Both the position numbers and the translations under genes were made by a program. From positions 11,444,951 through 11,508,950 of the forward strand of contig NC_068982.1 of assembly GCF_001194135.2 (NCBI RefSeq): DNA of 64,000 bases. The letters run 5' to 3'. Under the pieces are notes generated by a model. The model searched no databases. It saw only the letters and a list, made by a program, of their open reading frames with translations, and was not told the origin of the DNA. This document shows, in pieces, positions 50,886 through 63,858 of the stretch. Within the stretch, counting starts at the first letter, position 1. Every line of letters starts with the position of its first letter. The DNA is from Octopus bimaculoides. Lineage: Eukaryota.

Positions 50886-51101
50886 TGAGGGGTACTGAAA
50901 AGTTCTTGCTTTAAGGGTGTCATGAAAAGTCTGGTTGGAGGCCCAACTTTCCAAGTTCTTCTACAGGGCTTAGAAAAACTGAAGGACCACTGCAATAAGT
51001 GTGTGAATGTGAAAAAGAGAATATTTTGCATAAAATCCTAATTACCTGATTCTCCTGTATTTTCTTTCACCCAAAGCCAGGAACTTTTCAACATTCCTTC
51101 G
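50886..51101 (+). mobile_element. Mariner deletion derivative
   Basis: TA TSD; TIRs tgagggggtactgaaaagttc and gaacttttcaacattccttcg; GLEKLKDHCNKCVN...EYF* transposase C-terminus. Confidence 0.75.
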
Positions 51102-52116
51102 TATATGTATATATCTAACCGATGAAATGTTGGCTTCTTCTATATTCTTGGCTAATGTCTCAACAGAAAGTCAAAAGCAACTCATAAACTCACTTTCTCA
51201 ATGACCTGTCTGGAGCAAAGCTAACATTGTTCTTAAATTTGGCCAATTTTTGATTTCCTGGTGCATTATCATACACTTTGAATAAACAAACTCGAACTAA
51301 ATTCTTGGGTTACAAATTTGGAACTGTGAGTAACAAAGCAGAGTATTGTTAATTATGTAGTTTAATGTTCTATTACTGACGTTTATTGTCATAAAACAAA
51401 ACTATTTCAATTAAATTTTTTCGTTTTATTTTTTTCTAATTATATGTCACTAAATTCATTTCATTAAAATCAATGTTATCAAAAAATGTACAAACATAAG
51501 TTTTATCATTTCCAGAACATATTCAAATAAGTAATTATGAAATAAGAATTAAACTGGAGTATTAGTCAGAGATAAACATGATTTGTCTTTATATCTAATA
51601 GGCTATTTGATATTTTTTTTAATTTAGTTTTGAAAACAGCTTCATAGTATTGTTATTTTTTAACCAGAGCTTTAACAATTTACAAGCAAAAATTAAGTTG
51701 TAGTTGCCTACAGATATATTAATTTTAGAAAGAATTCAGTGCAAAGTAGTTATATTCACCGCACATGTTTATTGGTATGTCATATAATTTGTGAAGTCAG
51801 ATAAATAGTGTGAAGGAAATATAAACAAATACAACAGCAAATTGAACAAGTAATTCTTTGTCAAATATTGAAAGAAACATAGAACTTGTGGAAATAAATA
51901 TATAAATGGCTGCTGAATGTTAATAAAAACAAATTACAAAAAAAAACCCCATGCTTCTGAGAACAAGATTATGGAAGATTAAATTAACTTCATTGATAAC
52001 TTAAAATTACAAAATAGAATATTTATGGAATTTTGGAAAATTGAATGTCTTATTGATCGATTGATGTTGATGATGTATTTATAATGTACTGCTTTTTCTC
52101 TGTTAGTCTATCTTAA

Positions 52117-52432
52117 CCCATAAAGCGCTGGGATTTGCACTTACATAGCATAGACTGCTGAGCACATTTTATGAAAATGAAACTACTATGCACACATGAA
52201 AAGCAAAAAAATAGTTAAAATATCTTCTTAGTATATAATGGTGGCAAGTTTTACATCATCTGAAAAGTCATTAGTTGAACTATTAGTCCTCCTGCATTCT
52301 GGGGGGTATCGAAGCGTTTGAGTGACATTAGACCCCTAACAAACAGCCACAAATTAAATGCATCTATCTGGGCCACGATCGTGGCCCGTCGACCTGTGAC
52401 GGTCACAACCATGGCCCGTTGCGCTTAATGTG
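52117..52432. mobile_element. piggyBac-type non-autonomous element
   Basis: TTAA on both sides; TIRs cccataaagcgc and gcgcttaatgtg; subterminal palindrome gggccacgatcgtggccc at about 52370-52387. Confidence 0.75.
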
Positions 52433-53229
52433 TTAATAGTGGTGTCAGAGTACTGTTCTTAACATGTTATCTCAGCTTGAGGAAATGAAATTCTAGGTCT
52501 GTGTGTGCGTGTGTGTATGTGTTTGTTTCTTTTTAAAGTATGAAATTTCCCAAAGTGTATCCTATATTTTGTGAGCATAATTTTTCATGTATCTTTCCCC
52601 ATGACCAAAGCTAGCTTATACTTATGTAAGATGGAACGAGATTCTTAGACGATGATTGGAATAAGTAAGTTAAGAAAGACGGGAACTAAAGCATTGATCG
52701 TTTTAAGGATCAACACTTTCTTTAAAGCTTATTACTCATTTATTGGCATATTTCTCACAAGTAATAACACTAAACACCATTGTTGTGTATTTGGATTGCA
52801 ATAATTAATATTGGAAATTAGATTCAAAAGAATGGAATTCCTTCAGTTCCCTGATATTTTCAGGTTGAGATTTTGACAGCCTGGATGCTCTATTAGAAAG
52901 AGATGAAATCTGTTACTCCATGAAAGAATAATGTTCAATAGAGATGTGAGAAGTTTAAGGAAACTACTTCTTTCTATTGGTAACAGAATCTGTCTCTCTT
53001 TCAAATGTAAAGCAGAGTCTATGCAGTGCATGAGACATGAGTCATGCCACGTGACAACATAGAGTTGTGAATGCTGAGGGTTTGCAGTGATTTGTGAGAA
53101 CAACTTAGATGTGCTGTGATATTTTGTGCTTTTGAAGCAGTTACTCTGTGATTTAAAATGTATAGGAAAAAAACTCTATTATGAACTTGTCATGTTGATG
53201 TTAATCCAAAAATAACTTGTCATAATAAA

Positions 53230-53410
53230 AACATTGGTTTCAAATTTTTGCACAAAGCCAGCAATCTTTTATGGAAATGCTGCAAATCAATTGCATCAAC
53301 CCCAGTGCATAACTAGTACTTGTTTTTATCAGCCATGAAAAGTGAAGTCAACCGTGACAGCACTTGAATGTAATGAGTCAGGAGAAATGCTGCAAAGCAT
53401 TTCATCTGGT
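53230..53410 (-). mobile_element. Decayed SINE-B
   Basis: ggtttcaaatttttgcacaaagcc...ccccagtgcataactagtac. Confidence 0.6.
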
Positions 53411-53419
53411 ATTTTCGTT

Positions 53420-53815
53420 TTTTTTTTGTTTCACTCATTTGACTGTGGCCATGCTGGAGCACTGCCTTTAGTTGAACAAATCGACCCCAAGACTTATTTT
53501 TTGTAAACCCTAGTACTTATTCTATCGATCTCCTTTGCTGAACCGCTAAGTTACGGAGATGTAAACACACCAGCATCGGTTGTCAAGCGATGGTGTGGTG
53601 GTGGGGGACAGAAAGACAAACATACATGCAAGTGCACACACACACACACACACACACATGATGGGTTTCTTTCAGTTTCCGTCTACCAAATCCACTCACA
53701 AGGCTTTAGTCAGCCCGAGGCTATAGTAGAAGACACTTACCCAGGGTACCACACAGTGGAACTGAAACCAGAACCATATGGTTTTTAAGCAAGCTACTTA
53801 CCACACAGCTACACC
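53420..53815 (-). mobile_element. SINE-A, full length
   Basis: Head and 3' domain. Confidence 0.88.
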
Positions 53816-53841
53816 CCTAATAACAATAATGATAATAATAA

Positions 53842-54580
53842 TCCTTTCTACTATAGGCACAAGGCCTGAAATTTTGGGGGAGGGGGCTAGTCAATAACAG
53901 CGACCATAGTATGCAACTGGTACTTATGTTATTGATCCTGAAAGAATGAAAGGCAAAGTTAGTCTCGGTGGAGTTTGATCTCAAAACGTAAAGACAGACA
54001 AAATGCCACCAAGTATTTTGTCTAGCAAGCATTTTGTCCAGCATGCTAACGATTTGATCAGCTAACTCTATTAATAATAATAATCCTTTCTAGTATAGGC
54101 ACAAGGCCCGAAATTTTGGAGGAAGGGGGGCCAGTCAATTGGATTGACCTCAGTATGCAACTGGTGCTTAATTTATTGACTCCAAAAGGATGAAAGACAA
54201 AGTTTGACCTTGGTGGAATTTGAACTCAGAATGTAGCGATGGGCAAAATACCACTCAGCATTTTGTCCAGCATGCTAATGATTCTGCCAACTTGCTACCT
54301 TAATAATAATAATAATAATAATGATAATAATAATAATAATAATAATAGTAATAATAATAATAATAATCTGCTCTACAATAGGCACAAAGCCTGAAATTTT
54401 TGGGAAGGTAGCTTGGTGATTACATTGACTCTAATGCTCAACTGGTACTTATTTATCTACCATGAAATGATGACAGGTAAAGTTGACCTTGGCAGTATTT
54501 GAACTCAGAATGTAAAGCTTGTAGAAATGCCATAAAGCATTTTGTTTGGTGTGCTAATGATTCTGGCAGCTTGCCACCTT
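53842..54580 (-). mobile_element. Three head-to-tail SINE-B copies separated by (AAT)n
   Basis: Copies at about 53842-54065, 54084-54300 and 54367-54580. Confidence 0.85.
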
Positions 54581-54598
54581 CCTAATAGTAATAATAAT

Positions 54599-54990
54599 GT
54601 GGAGGTGCAATGGCCTAGTGGTTAGAGCAGTGGACTCACAGTCATAGGATCGCGGTTTTGATTCCCAGACTGGGCATTGTGGGTGTTTATTGAGCAAAAA
54701 AAACCACCTAAAGCTCCATGAAGCTCTGGCAGTGGGTGGCGGCGAACCTGGCTGTATTCTTTCACCACAACTTTCTCTCACTCTTTCTTCCTGTTTCTGT
54801 TGTACCTGTATTTCAAAGGGCCAGCCTTGTCACACTCTGTGTCATGCTGAATCTCCCCAAGAACTACGTTAAGGGTACACGTGTCTGTGGAGTGCTCAGT
54901 CACTAGCACAATAATTTCAGGAGCAGGGTGTTCTGTTGATCGGACCAACTTGGAACCCTCATTGTCGTAACTGACAGAGTGCCACAACAA
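54599..54990 (+). mobile_element. SINE-C, tRNA-derived, inserted in (AAT)n
   Basis: A box tggcctagtgg, B box ggttttgattccc; ends gtgccacaacaa(AAT)n. Confidence 0.75.
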
Positions 54991-55009
54991 ATAATAATAA
55001 TAATAATGA

Positions 55010-55210
55010 TAGTTTCAAATTCTGGCACATGGCCAGCAATTTCAGGTGAGAGGGTAAGTTGATTACATTGACCCCAGTGATTAACTCATGTTTATTTTAC
55101 CAACCCCAAAAGGATGAAACACGAAGTTGACCTTGGCAGAATTTGAACTCAGAAGTTGACTGATGAAATTGCTCTAAACATGCTACTGATTCTGCCAGTT
55201 CATCACCTTC
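55010..55210 (-). mobile_element. SINE-B
   Basis: gtttcaaattctggcacatggcc tail variant; head at about 55200. Confidence 0.8.
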
Positions 55211-55245
<35 letters not shown>

Positions 55246-56177
55246 TTGTTAACTGGTCCAAATGATGTGGAGGCTTAGTTCTTATAATTAGTTACACTAA
55301 TACAGTTGTTTTGCAGTTCTAGAAAGTATCACCTAGGAACACATGCACATATGTGGGTATGGCAGAGGTTAATCTTAACCTGCATTGGGTCTTAGAGAAC
55401 ATTTATGACTGCCATTGGAGGATTTGAACCAAGCACTGCAAGCTTACGAAACATAAATTTTATAGTTTAGCTCTTTTTAACTCAAAGCAATTGACTTCAT
55501 CTCCCCTCTGTATCTGTCTAGATCTTTGTGTAGTTGGCCACTGAAAGTGAAATGACCATAGACATTCAGCAATTTAGCTAACCATGCAGGCACATGCATA
55601 CAATCACACAAACATGACATGAAATATCAATAAGTATAGACAGAAATAGACACAACACTTCAAAAAATGTATAATTTTAAGTTAAAATACAGTAAAATAT
55701 TGGCAAAAGATCTGAGACCCTTTATAATACTAACTCAAAAAAATAAAATTCTTTATATTCAAGTTAATTTCTAAACTTATTTAACTCAATATATATCTTG
55801 TGGTTTCTACTAGTATCTTAGATTTTCTTTATTCATGAAGTATTGATTTTTTTCAACAAATCTGCATGAGTAGATTATTTGAAAATAGTTATTTTTGAAA
55901 CATATTCTGCTTATTGTAGTTAATATATTCAAAAGCTATATAGTACAACTAATATTCTTTTGCTTTTGGCAAATGAATACATGCAAGCATATTGATATTA
56001 GAATAAACCCTTTTAAACTTCCTAATTCAATTGTACAAAATATAATGAATGAGAAACGAAGGTAGAACCATAAATATTTGTGTTTGATGGTCTGATTATA
56101 TTTTTGTTGAGTTCTATTATTTCTTTTTGTGAGAAGACCTGCCCACCATAACAGAATTGATATCCTAAAACCAAGGT

Positions 56178-56410
56178 GCCATGTAAATGGCACTGGCGCT
56201 GGTGCTATGTAAAAACCACTGGTGCTGGTGCCATGTAAAAAAGCACCCAGTACACTCTATAAAGTGGTTGGGTTTAGGAAGGGCATCCAGCTGTAGAAAC
56301 CAAGCCAAAACAGACTATGAAACTGTGTGGGCCCTGGCCTTGCCAGTCCCAATCAAACCATCCAACCCATGCCAGCATGGAAAACAGACATTAAATGATA
56401 ATGATGTAAG
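56178..56410 (+). mobile_element. Family E element
   Basis: ggtgccatgtaaa x3, core, tail. Confidence 0.8.
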
Positions 56411-56624
56411 CATACTGAAATATCTTAAATATTTACTGAGCTGTTTATGTCTAAAGCTGTTTCTATGGAGTGCTCCAGAAAGAATATTAATTTACTCTTT
56501 ATATTATTAAATCAGTGTTTAAAACAAATGACTTGAAACATATTAAAACAAGTTTTATACTGTAACTATAATTTGGATCAACATCTGGATATTTGATTAT
56601 AATATTGTCCTTAAATTAACTGGA

Positions 56625-56780
56625 TGTATGGTTAAGTAGTTTGTTTTGCAACTGTATGGTTTGGGGTTCAATCCCTCTGTACAATATCTAAGGTAAATGT
56701 CATCAACCATAGGCTTGGATTGACTTGTGTCATGTGAGTGGATGTTGGTGGATGGAAGCTGTGCTGAAGCCTGTTGTGTA
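56625..56780 (+). mobile_element. Decayed SINE-A 5' half
   Basis: ggttaagtagttt...ggggttcaatccc...gtggatgttgg. Confidence 0.5.
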
Positions 56781-57146
56781 CTTACGTGTATATGTATCTA
56801 TGTATCTTCTGCAATGTATATTAGTAAAATATGTGAATGATGAGAAAACTGTAAAACGAATTGTTTAGAATAAAGAGAAATAATTTGTTTGGTATTTGTT
56901 CCACCTGAGTTTAACATGTAATTCCTGTTGGTCTCACTGTCAGAAATGCAGTGAACCAGTGATTGACCCATTGACACAAAAGTGTCAATCAGTCAATACT
57001 GATGCATTATAAAATACTTGAGTGAAATGTTTAATATATCGGTTGAGTAGAAAATCAAAAATTGATATGATCTGCTACATAAAACTTAGATTGGTTTTGA
57101 ATAGCAAACCTTGTAAGGTATTCTGTGATATCCTGTCTTTTTAGTG

Positions 57147-57325
57147 CATCATCATCATCATCATCACCATCATCATTAAACCTCCATTTTCCATGCTGGT
57201 ATGGGTTGGACAGTTTGACAGGGGGTGGCTAGGCAGAAGACTATACCAGGCTTCACTGTCTGTTTTGGCAAGGTTTTTATGGCTGGATGCCCTTTTTAAC
57301 ACCAACCACCTTACAGAGTGGGTTA
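57147..57325 (-). mobile_element. Family E 3' part
   Basis: (CAT)n tail; ggctggatgccc core. Confidence 0.8.
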
Positions 57326-57989
57326 ACATTTCCTATGTGCTCTTTTTTTATGACAGTAGAGTGTGATTTGAGGATATTTGGCTGCTATATTTATCATTTT
57401 AAGCAATGTTTGGTTTATTTAATGCTAGACTATTTTTTTTACATTATGAATTACATTCATAGTAATGGAAAACCGATAACTTTAAAATCATTATACTTGA
57501 CAATTTCTGTCCTTCAATATTGTCCAATCTAATAAGAAAGTGACATTGTTTATTGATGATGATGAATGCATTTTGTTACTTTCTATAAATTAATGATGAT
57601 AATGTCAGTAAAAAAAAAAAAAGTTTCCCTCAGAATTTCATTAATAAAGATTATTTTTATAATTATTTCTTTCTCTCCATCCACTTACTTATGCAAGATG
57701 AAATTCTTGATGGGAAATGCATTATGATGCAATGAAAAGTTTAATTTCTTTTCAGTCATTTTTAAAGGGACAGGATAACTAATTACACGGGAGGTTTCTT
57801 CTAGAGAACTTATCAGTTGTATATTTAAGCTTAAATATAACGGGTTGCAGGACAGGTTCAACCAAACTCTGACTTTAGTTGTCATAGAAGACTGATTAAA
57901 AAGAACAAAAAATGTGATTAATGAAATAGAGCTTTAATCTGTATCTATCTATTCTTCGTTACTACTTTTTTAAAAATTAATTATCCAAT

Positions 57990-58638
57990 GAAGGCGGTGA
58001 GCTGGCAGAATCGTTAGCACGCCAGGTGAAATGCTTAGCAGTATTTCATCTGTCGCTACGTTCTGAGTTCAAACTCTGCTGAGGTTGACTTTGCCTTTCA
58101 TCCTTTTGGGGGTGATTAAATAAGTACCAGTTATGCACTGGGGTTGATGTAACTGACTTAATCTCTTTTGCCAAATTTGAGGCCTTGTGCTTCCTGTAGA
58201 AAGAATTATTAATTATCCAATTAAGGCGGCGAGCTGGCAGAATCATTAGCAACTGGATGAAATGCTTAGTGGTATTTCTTCTGTCTTTACGTTCTGAGTT
58301 CAAATTCTGCCGAGGTTGATTTTCAATAAATTAAGTACCAGTTGAACACTGGGATCAATCTAATCAACTATCCCCCTCCCCCAAATTTCAGGCTTTGTGC
58401 TACAGTAGGAAGGGTTAGTAATTATCCAATGAAGGCGGTGAGCTGGCAGAATTGTTAGCATGCCAGGCAAAATGCTTAGTGGCATTTTGTTCATCTTTGC
58501 AACTGGAGTTCAAGTTCCACTGAGGTTGACTTTATCTTTCATCCTTACGGGGTTGATAAAATAAGAACCAGTTGAGGTAAATTGACTTACCCCTCCCCCA
58601 GAAATGCAGACCTTGTGCTAAAATTTGATACCAATATT
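57990..58638 (+). mobile_element. Three stacked SINE-B copies
   Basis: Heads aaggcggtgagctggcagaa at 57991, about 58223 and 58432; aattatccaat at each junction. Confidence 0.9.
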
Positions 58639-60849
58639 AATTATCCCATTGGTGGAGCATCATAAGAAATTCCTTGCAGTGTTTCTTTCAGCTCCTTATA
58701 TTCTGAGCTCAGGACCTTACCTAAGTCACCTTTATTTTATTGACCTTAAAAGGGTGAAAAGCAAAAATAATTTGGTTGCTGTCCTCTTCACTCAAATCAA
58801 CTTAATTCTAGGGTTTCAATAGTTGTTGCTATACACAATAAGGGCCTATAATTTTGGTTACAGTTATCATGTCTGTATTGATGTTGCCTATTGTTTTTTT
58901 CTTATGATAGCTGAGAAAGGACCTGTATTGTTCAAAATACCAGACCTGTTATTTGAATTATTCTGATATTCATTTTTGTTTTATTTTTATACCTTTAAAT
59001 ATGTTTCAAAAAGTATCTATTGCTCTGTAATGTATTAGTAAATTCATGTAACCCTCTCCTTAGTAGCAATTTTCATTGCATTTTCTCAGATATTCATTTG
59101 GTATTAAGATAAACATTTTTTTAATGATAAACTCAGGTTTTTGTTGATTAAAATAAAAAATAGTTTTGTGCACAAAGAATTGTATTTAAGTAAAAAGAAA
59201 TGTAATAAACAAAATCACATTTGAAAGAGTTATGTAGGTATTAAATATCAGGATCCGTTTGACAATAACTTTAAAAGATTTAGTGACTACTGGCAAAGAA
59301 CTATACAATGTACATATAGTCATGAACAAAAAATATAAATTTTGCCATTTGACAGAAATAACTTTTGTCTAAGAAGATAAATCTTGTCTTTCTATGAATA
59401 ATTCAAATAAAGGACCAATTCTGTATATCATGAATGGCTATAATATATCCTTTGTTTTGTAACGTTCAGGATATTGTATTTCTATGATGCATTTTGTTAT
59501 CGAAAGAAACATATTTTTGCAGGAGTAGAACAATAAAATGGTTATCAGCATTTACAAAAAAGTGGCACATGTACAATGGAATAAAAACAAGTTCCTGGTG
59601 ATTCCAGGAAACAAACCAAGTTTTAATTCATGGCTTTTGCCAGTTTACTTCCTTCATGTTTCTAGTGCTCTTGAGTAAAAAGTATTAATACCACGACATT
59701 GCTTCTTTGTCATGAATCTAAATTGTTGAGTCTCTATATAATGAATATTTCAAATACAAAACAGTTTTCTTTGTATCTAAGCTTTAGTATTACATCCAAC
59801 ATTAAACTATGCTACTGAATTTGCTAATTGACTTACATATATATCCACTGATGGGTAGATAATTAATAAAATGATAGATGAAATAATTTTCTGTCAGACA
59901 AGAAAAAAAAAAAATTCAGCATATGTCTGCTTAGAGAAATTTAGGGAATTGATTATGGATAACCCAATATTGTAAGCAGAAGCTTTCTAGATTTTGCTGA
60001 GGAACTTTCAGTGCATAGAAAAATGTATGATAATCACATATTTGACAATGTTTCTCAGACTTTGTCTCCCACCCATCTCCCCTTCACCAGTAGAAAAATG
60101 TCTACCCCATCCATTTGGTTCATTTTGTTTTGATTGTAACAAATGATTAGGCTCGCCCACACTTCAATTAATTTCCACCTACTTAACAATATCTTCATCA
60201 TCCTATCATTTCCAGTTCAAGAGCTACTGCTGTATACAATCATTGGATTACACCTTTTACATAAGAGAGAATTTTTTTCTCCTCAGTAACTGCAGTGAAT
60301 TAGCTTTTAGAAGTAGAAATATGTCACAAACATATTTTAACTCACCTAAAGTTCACTTATGCCTAAATACTGCTTGGTGCTCATATTGTTGAATATAATT
60401 GTTATTTTATTTCAAATATTTACCCATAATTGTGAATGAATTACCTACTAAGATTTTTCAACAAAATAATATTAGACATAAAAACCGATTTGAGGCAGAA
60501 AAGAGAAACAGGCCTAAATGGTAGGATTCAGACTATGGCAGTTTCAGACCTGCCTCTCTTTTCTGTTTTAAATTGGATCTTATAAAGTTTGATATTATTT
60601 TCCATAATGTATTCCTGAAAAGAGCTTGACTAATTTCTTGACTAATTTCTTCAGTTTTTATTCCTGTCAAGGCCGACAGGAAGCGATCCAGCTTCCTAGG
60701 GCTAAATAGCAGCAGTATGATTCCCTTATTGGGACTGTCACATTAAGTTGACAGTATACAACTGCTTTATCGTAACACTGCTGCTTAATTCTCTCTGTGA
60801 GATTTATAATTAGATAATTTCTAATTATTAATTATTATTTTTCTTTTAT

Positions 60850-61185
60850 CTTTTACTTATTTCAGTAATTAGATTGTGGTCAAGCTGGGGCACCATCTTG
60901 AAAGAATTTTTTTAGTTGAGTGAATTGATCCTAGTACTTAATTTTTTGTTTTTTAAAGCCTTGCACTTATTCTGTTTGTCCCTTTTGCTGAACCACTAAG
61001 TTACATAGACAGAGACACACCAACACCAATCGACAAGCTGCACACGCATGCACACAGATGATTGATTTCTTTCAGTTTCCATCAACCAAATCCACTCACA
61101 AGGTTTTGGTTAGTTCAAGGCCATAGTAGAAGACACTTGCCGAAGGTGCCATGCAGTGGAACCATGTGGTTGGGAACCTGGAAGC
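60850..61185 (-). mobile_element. SINE-A
   Basis: 3' domain and head. Confidence 0.75.
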
Positions 61186-61252
61186 AAACCACAGGTAAAT
61201 AGGAGAAATGGTAGCATGTCTAGCAGTATTCAGAATCCATCAGGATCAGCTA

Positions 61253-61707
61253 CAGGTCGTCGTCGACTTATGACCAATTGACTTTACGACGATTGGCGTG
61301 CCAGCTCCCGGCAGCAATAATAGATAGACTAGTTGAAATCTAATGGGTTTAATTTCTTAGAAATTAACCTATCTACAGATGATGTTAGCTAACAAATGCT
61401 TCCCCTAGGTTTGGTTATCGATCACCACTATGGTTCTCCCAAGTTTTGGATGAATATCCTGTCATGGAGACATCAATGCAACCTTGTATTTGTTTGTAAG
61501 ATGACTGCTTGAGACAAAGAAATGTTTGATTAATGCCAGTATAATAGTATAATACAGAATGCTGTGTGTGATTTTTACCTGAGAATGTAACTTAAGAATG
61601 TAAGAATGTAAAACAAAGCTATGTAGACCTATAGGCCAACTTAGGACCAAATTGACTTATGACCAGTCAGTTGGAACCAATTGTGGCCGTAAGTTGACGA
61701 CGACCTG
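61253..61707. mobile_element. pogo/Tigger-like MITE
   Basis: TA TSD; TIRs caggtcgtcgtcgacttatgacc and ggccgtaagttgacgacgacctg (20/23). Confidence 0.88.
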
Positions 61708-62082
61708 TATTACTTTTATCATTCCATGATCAATAACATAAATAGCATTAGCATACTAGAGTTGATTTATATCCCCTACCCTCCCCACTTCTCCCTTCTC
61801 CAAATTTCCGGCTTAGCACTAATGTGAGAATCATTATTGTTGCCATTATTAAAGTGAAATTTATGGAAAGATGTTATTAATTTCATAGCCTTCCTTGGTT
61901 TAGAGTAGGGTGGAAAAACAAAGTATAAGTTTCTAAATTGTCATAGTATTCATATTGATTTATTCTGGTCACTGAATATTCAGAGTGAAATATAATATCT
62001 GTTCTGAAACACTTTTAAAATATTAATTTTTCATGATTTGAATGTCAATTGGTATATTTTTGAAGCATTGAAATTTTGAAAG

Positions 62083-62310
62083 TGGGCAAAGTTTAGAGAG
62101 CTCTTACCCCTGCTGGCGACAAAGGGACTCTCACTCAGAGTAAAAGGCAGACTGTATGACGCATGCGTACGAACAACCATGCTACATGGCAGTGAAACAT
62201 GGGCTGTAACTGCTGAGGACATACGTAAGCTCGCAAGGAATGAAGCCAGTATGCTCCGTTGGATGTGTAATGTCAATGTGAATACCCGTCAGAGTGTAAG
62301 TATCTTGAGA
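62083..62310 (+). pseudogene. 5'-truncated RTE LINE RT fragment, open frame running into the gap
   Basis: WAKFRELLPLL...KGRLYDACVRTTMLHGSETWAV...EASMLRWMC. Confidence 0.88.
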
Positions 62311-63110
62311 NNNNNNNNNNNNNNNNNNNNNNNNNNNNNNNNNNNNNNNNNNNNNNNNNNNNNNNNNNNNNNNNNNNNNNNNNNNNNNNNNNNNNNNNNN
62401 NNNNNNNNNNNNNNNNNNNNNNNNNNNNNNNNNNNNNNNNNNNNNNNNNNNNNNNNNNNNNNNNNNNNNNNNNNNNNNNNNNNNNNNNNNNNNNNNNNNN
62501 NNNNNNNNNNNNNNNNNNNNNNNNNNNNNNNNNNNNNNNNNNNNNNNNNNNNNNNNNNNNNNNNNNNNNNNNNNNNNNNNNNNNNNNNNNNNNNNNNNNN
62601 NNNNNNNNNNNNNNNNNNNNNNNNNNNNNNNNNNNNNNNNNNNNNNNNNNNNNNNNNNNNNNNNNNNNNNNNNNNNNNNNNNNNNNNNNNNNNNNNNNNN
62701 NNNNNNNNNNNNNNNNNNNNNNNNNNNNNNNNNNNNNNNNNNNNNNNNNNNNNNNNNNNNNNNNNNNNNNNNNNNNNNNNNNNNNNNNNNNNNNNNNNNN
62801 NNNNNNNNNNNNNNNNNNNNNNNNNNNNNNNNNNNNNNNNNNNNNNNNNNNNNNNNNNNNNNNNNNNNNNNNNNNNNNNNNNNNNNNNNNNNNNNNNNNN
62901 NNNNNNNNNNNNNNNNNNNNNNNNNNNNNNNNNNNNNNNNNNNNNNNNNNNNNNNNNNNNNNNNNNNNNNNNNNNNNNNNNNNNNNNNNNNNNNNNNNNN
63001 NNNNNNNNNNNNNNNNNNNNNNNNNNNNNNNNNNNNNNNNNNNNNNNNNNNNNNNNNNNNNNNNNNNNNNNNNNNNNNNNNNNNNNNNNNNNNNNNNNNN
63101 NNNNNNNNNN
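62311..63110. other. Assembly gap (800 N)
   Basis: N run. Confidence 1.
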
Positions 63111-63336
63111 TTATGGGTTTTTCCACGTGTAACCTTTCCTTTTTCGAAGCGCCTCCCCCTTTGGGAGTTCTACTTATTTATTTATCTATTTATTTATTAT
63201 ATCTTTCTCCGTTTTCTTCCTCTGTTTAGACGAACTTTCCTACCTTTTCGGACAAAACCTTTTGTAACCTTCGTCCTGTCTTTGTCCTTATATGTTTTTA
63301 ATTGATATTAGCCCTTGTGGCCAATAAAACGAATTA

Positions 63337-63368
<32 letters not shown>

Positions 63369-63375
63369 TACTACT
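63111..63375 (+). mobile_element. Probable LINE 3' UTR ending in AATAAA plus (ATT)n
   Basis: CpG-retaining, pyrimidine-rich; gcccttgtggccaataaaacgaa followed by (ATT)n and (ACT)n; clade undetermined. Confidence 0.45.
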
Positions 63376-63620
63376 ACTACTACTACCATCATTATCATCT
63401 TCTTTCAACTCTGTTGCCATTTCTTGCTTAGTGTCTTCCTGAAACCTAGGGCAAAGAAACTCATTGGTAGGCCATTAAAATAAACCCACCAGTTTGTTCA
63501 TTTACAAAGTCATGTGATAGAGAAAAAAGGGAAGAAAAACAGAAAAAGGAAAAATGAAAAAAATGTAAACAAATAAAATAAAGGGGAGGAAAATGGTTAA
63601 GACAATATTATTATTATTAT

Positions 63621-63858
63621 CATAGACGTCACACAGTATCCAATATCGTGATGTTGTTGATTGAAGATATTGTGTCTACTGGGGGTTTGTACTGTTTGTC
63701 AAGTCACAGCACGGATCTCAGACAGACAGTACTTTATGCAAAATGCATGCAGTTCCAAGTAGTGCTAGTTTTTGTAATACACTTAGATTGTAGGGGATTT
63801 CTAAGGTTTTCAGATGTTTTTTCTGATTGGGTGGTATTGAACCCAATGCTCCGATGGC
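63621..63858 (-). pseudogene. R4/Dong-like (restriction-like endonuclease) retrotransposon 3' fragment
   Basis: Open frame 63858-63718: AIGALGSIPPNQKKHLKTLEIPYNLSVLQKLALLGTACILHKVLSV*; (TAA)n on both flanks. Confidence 0.75.

Noticed and set aside
60709-60745. Second hammerhead (atga-ttccc-ttatt-gggac)
   Set aside because: It lacks both the CTGA and GAAA core segments.
62179-63132. The two longest ORFs (317 and 314 aa), and 11236-11664
   Set aside because: Their length comes from N runs; only the RTE portion before the gap is real coding-derived sequence.
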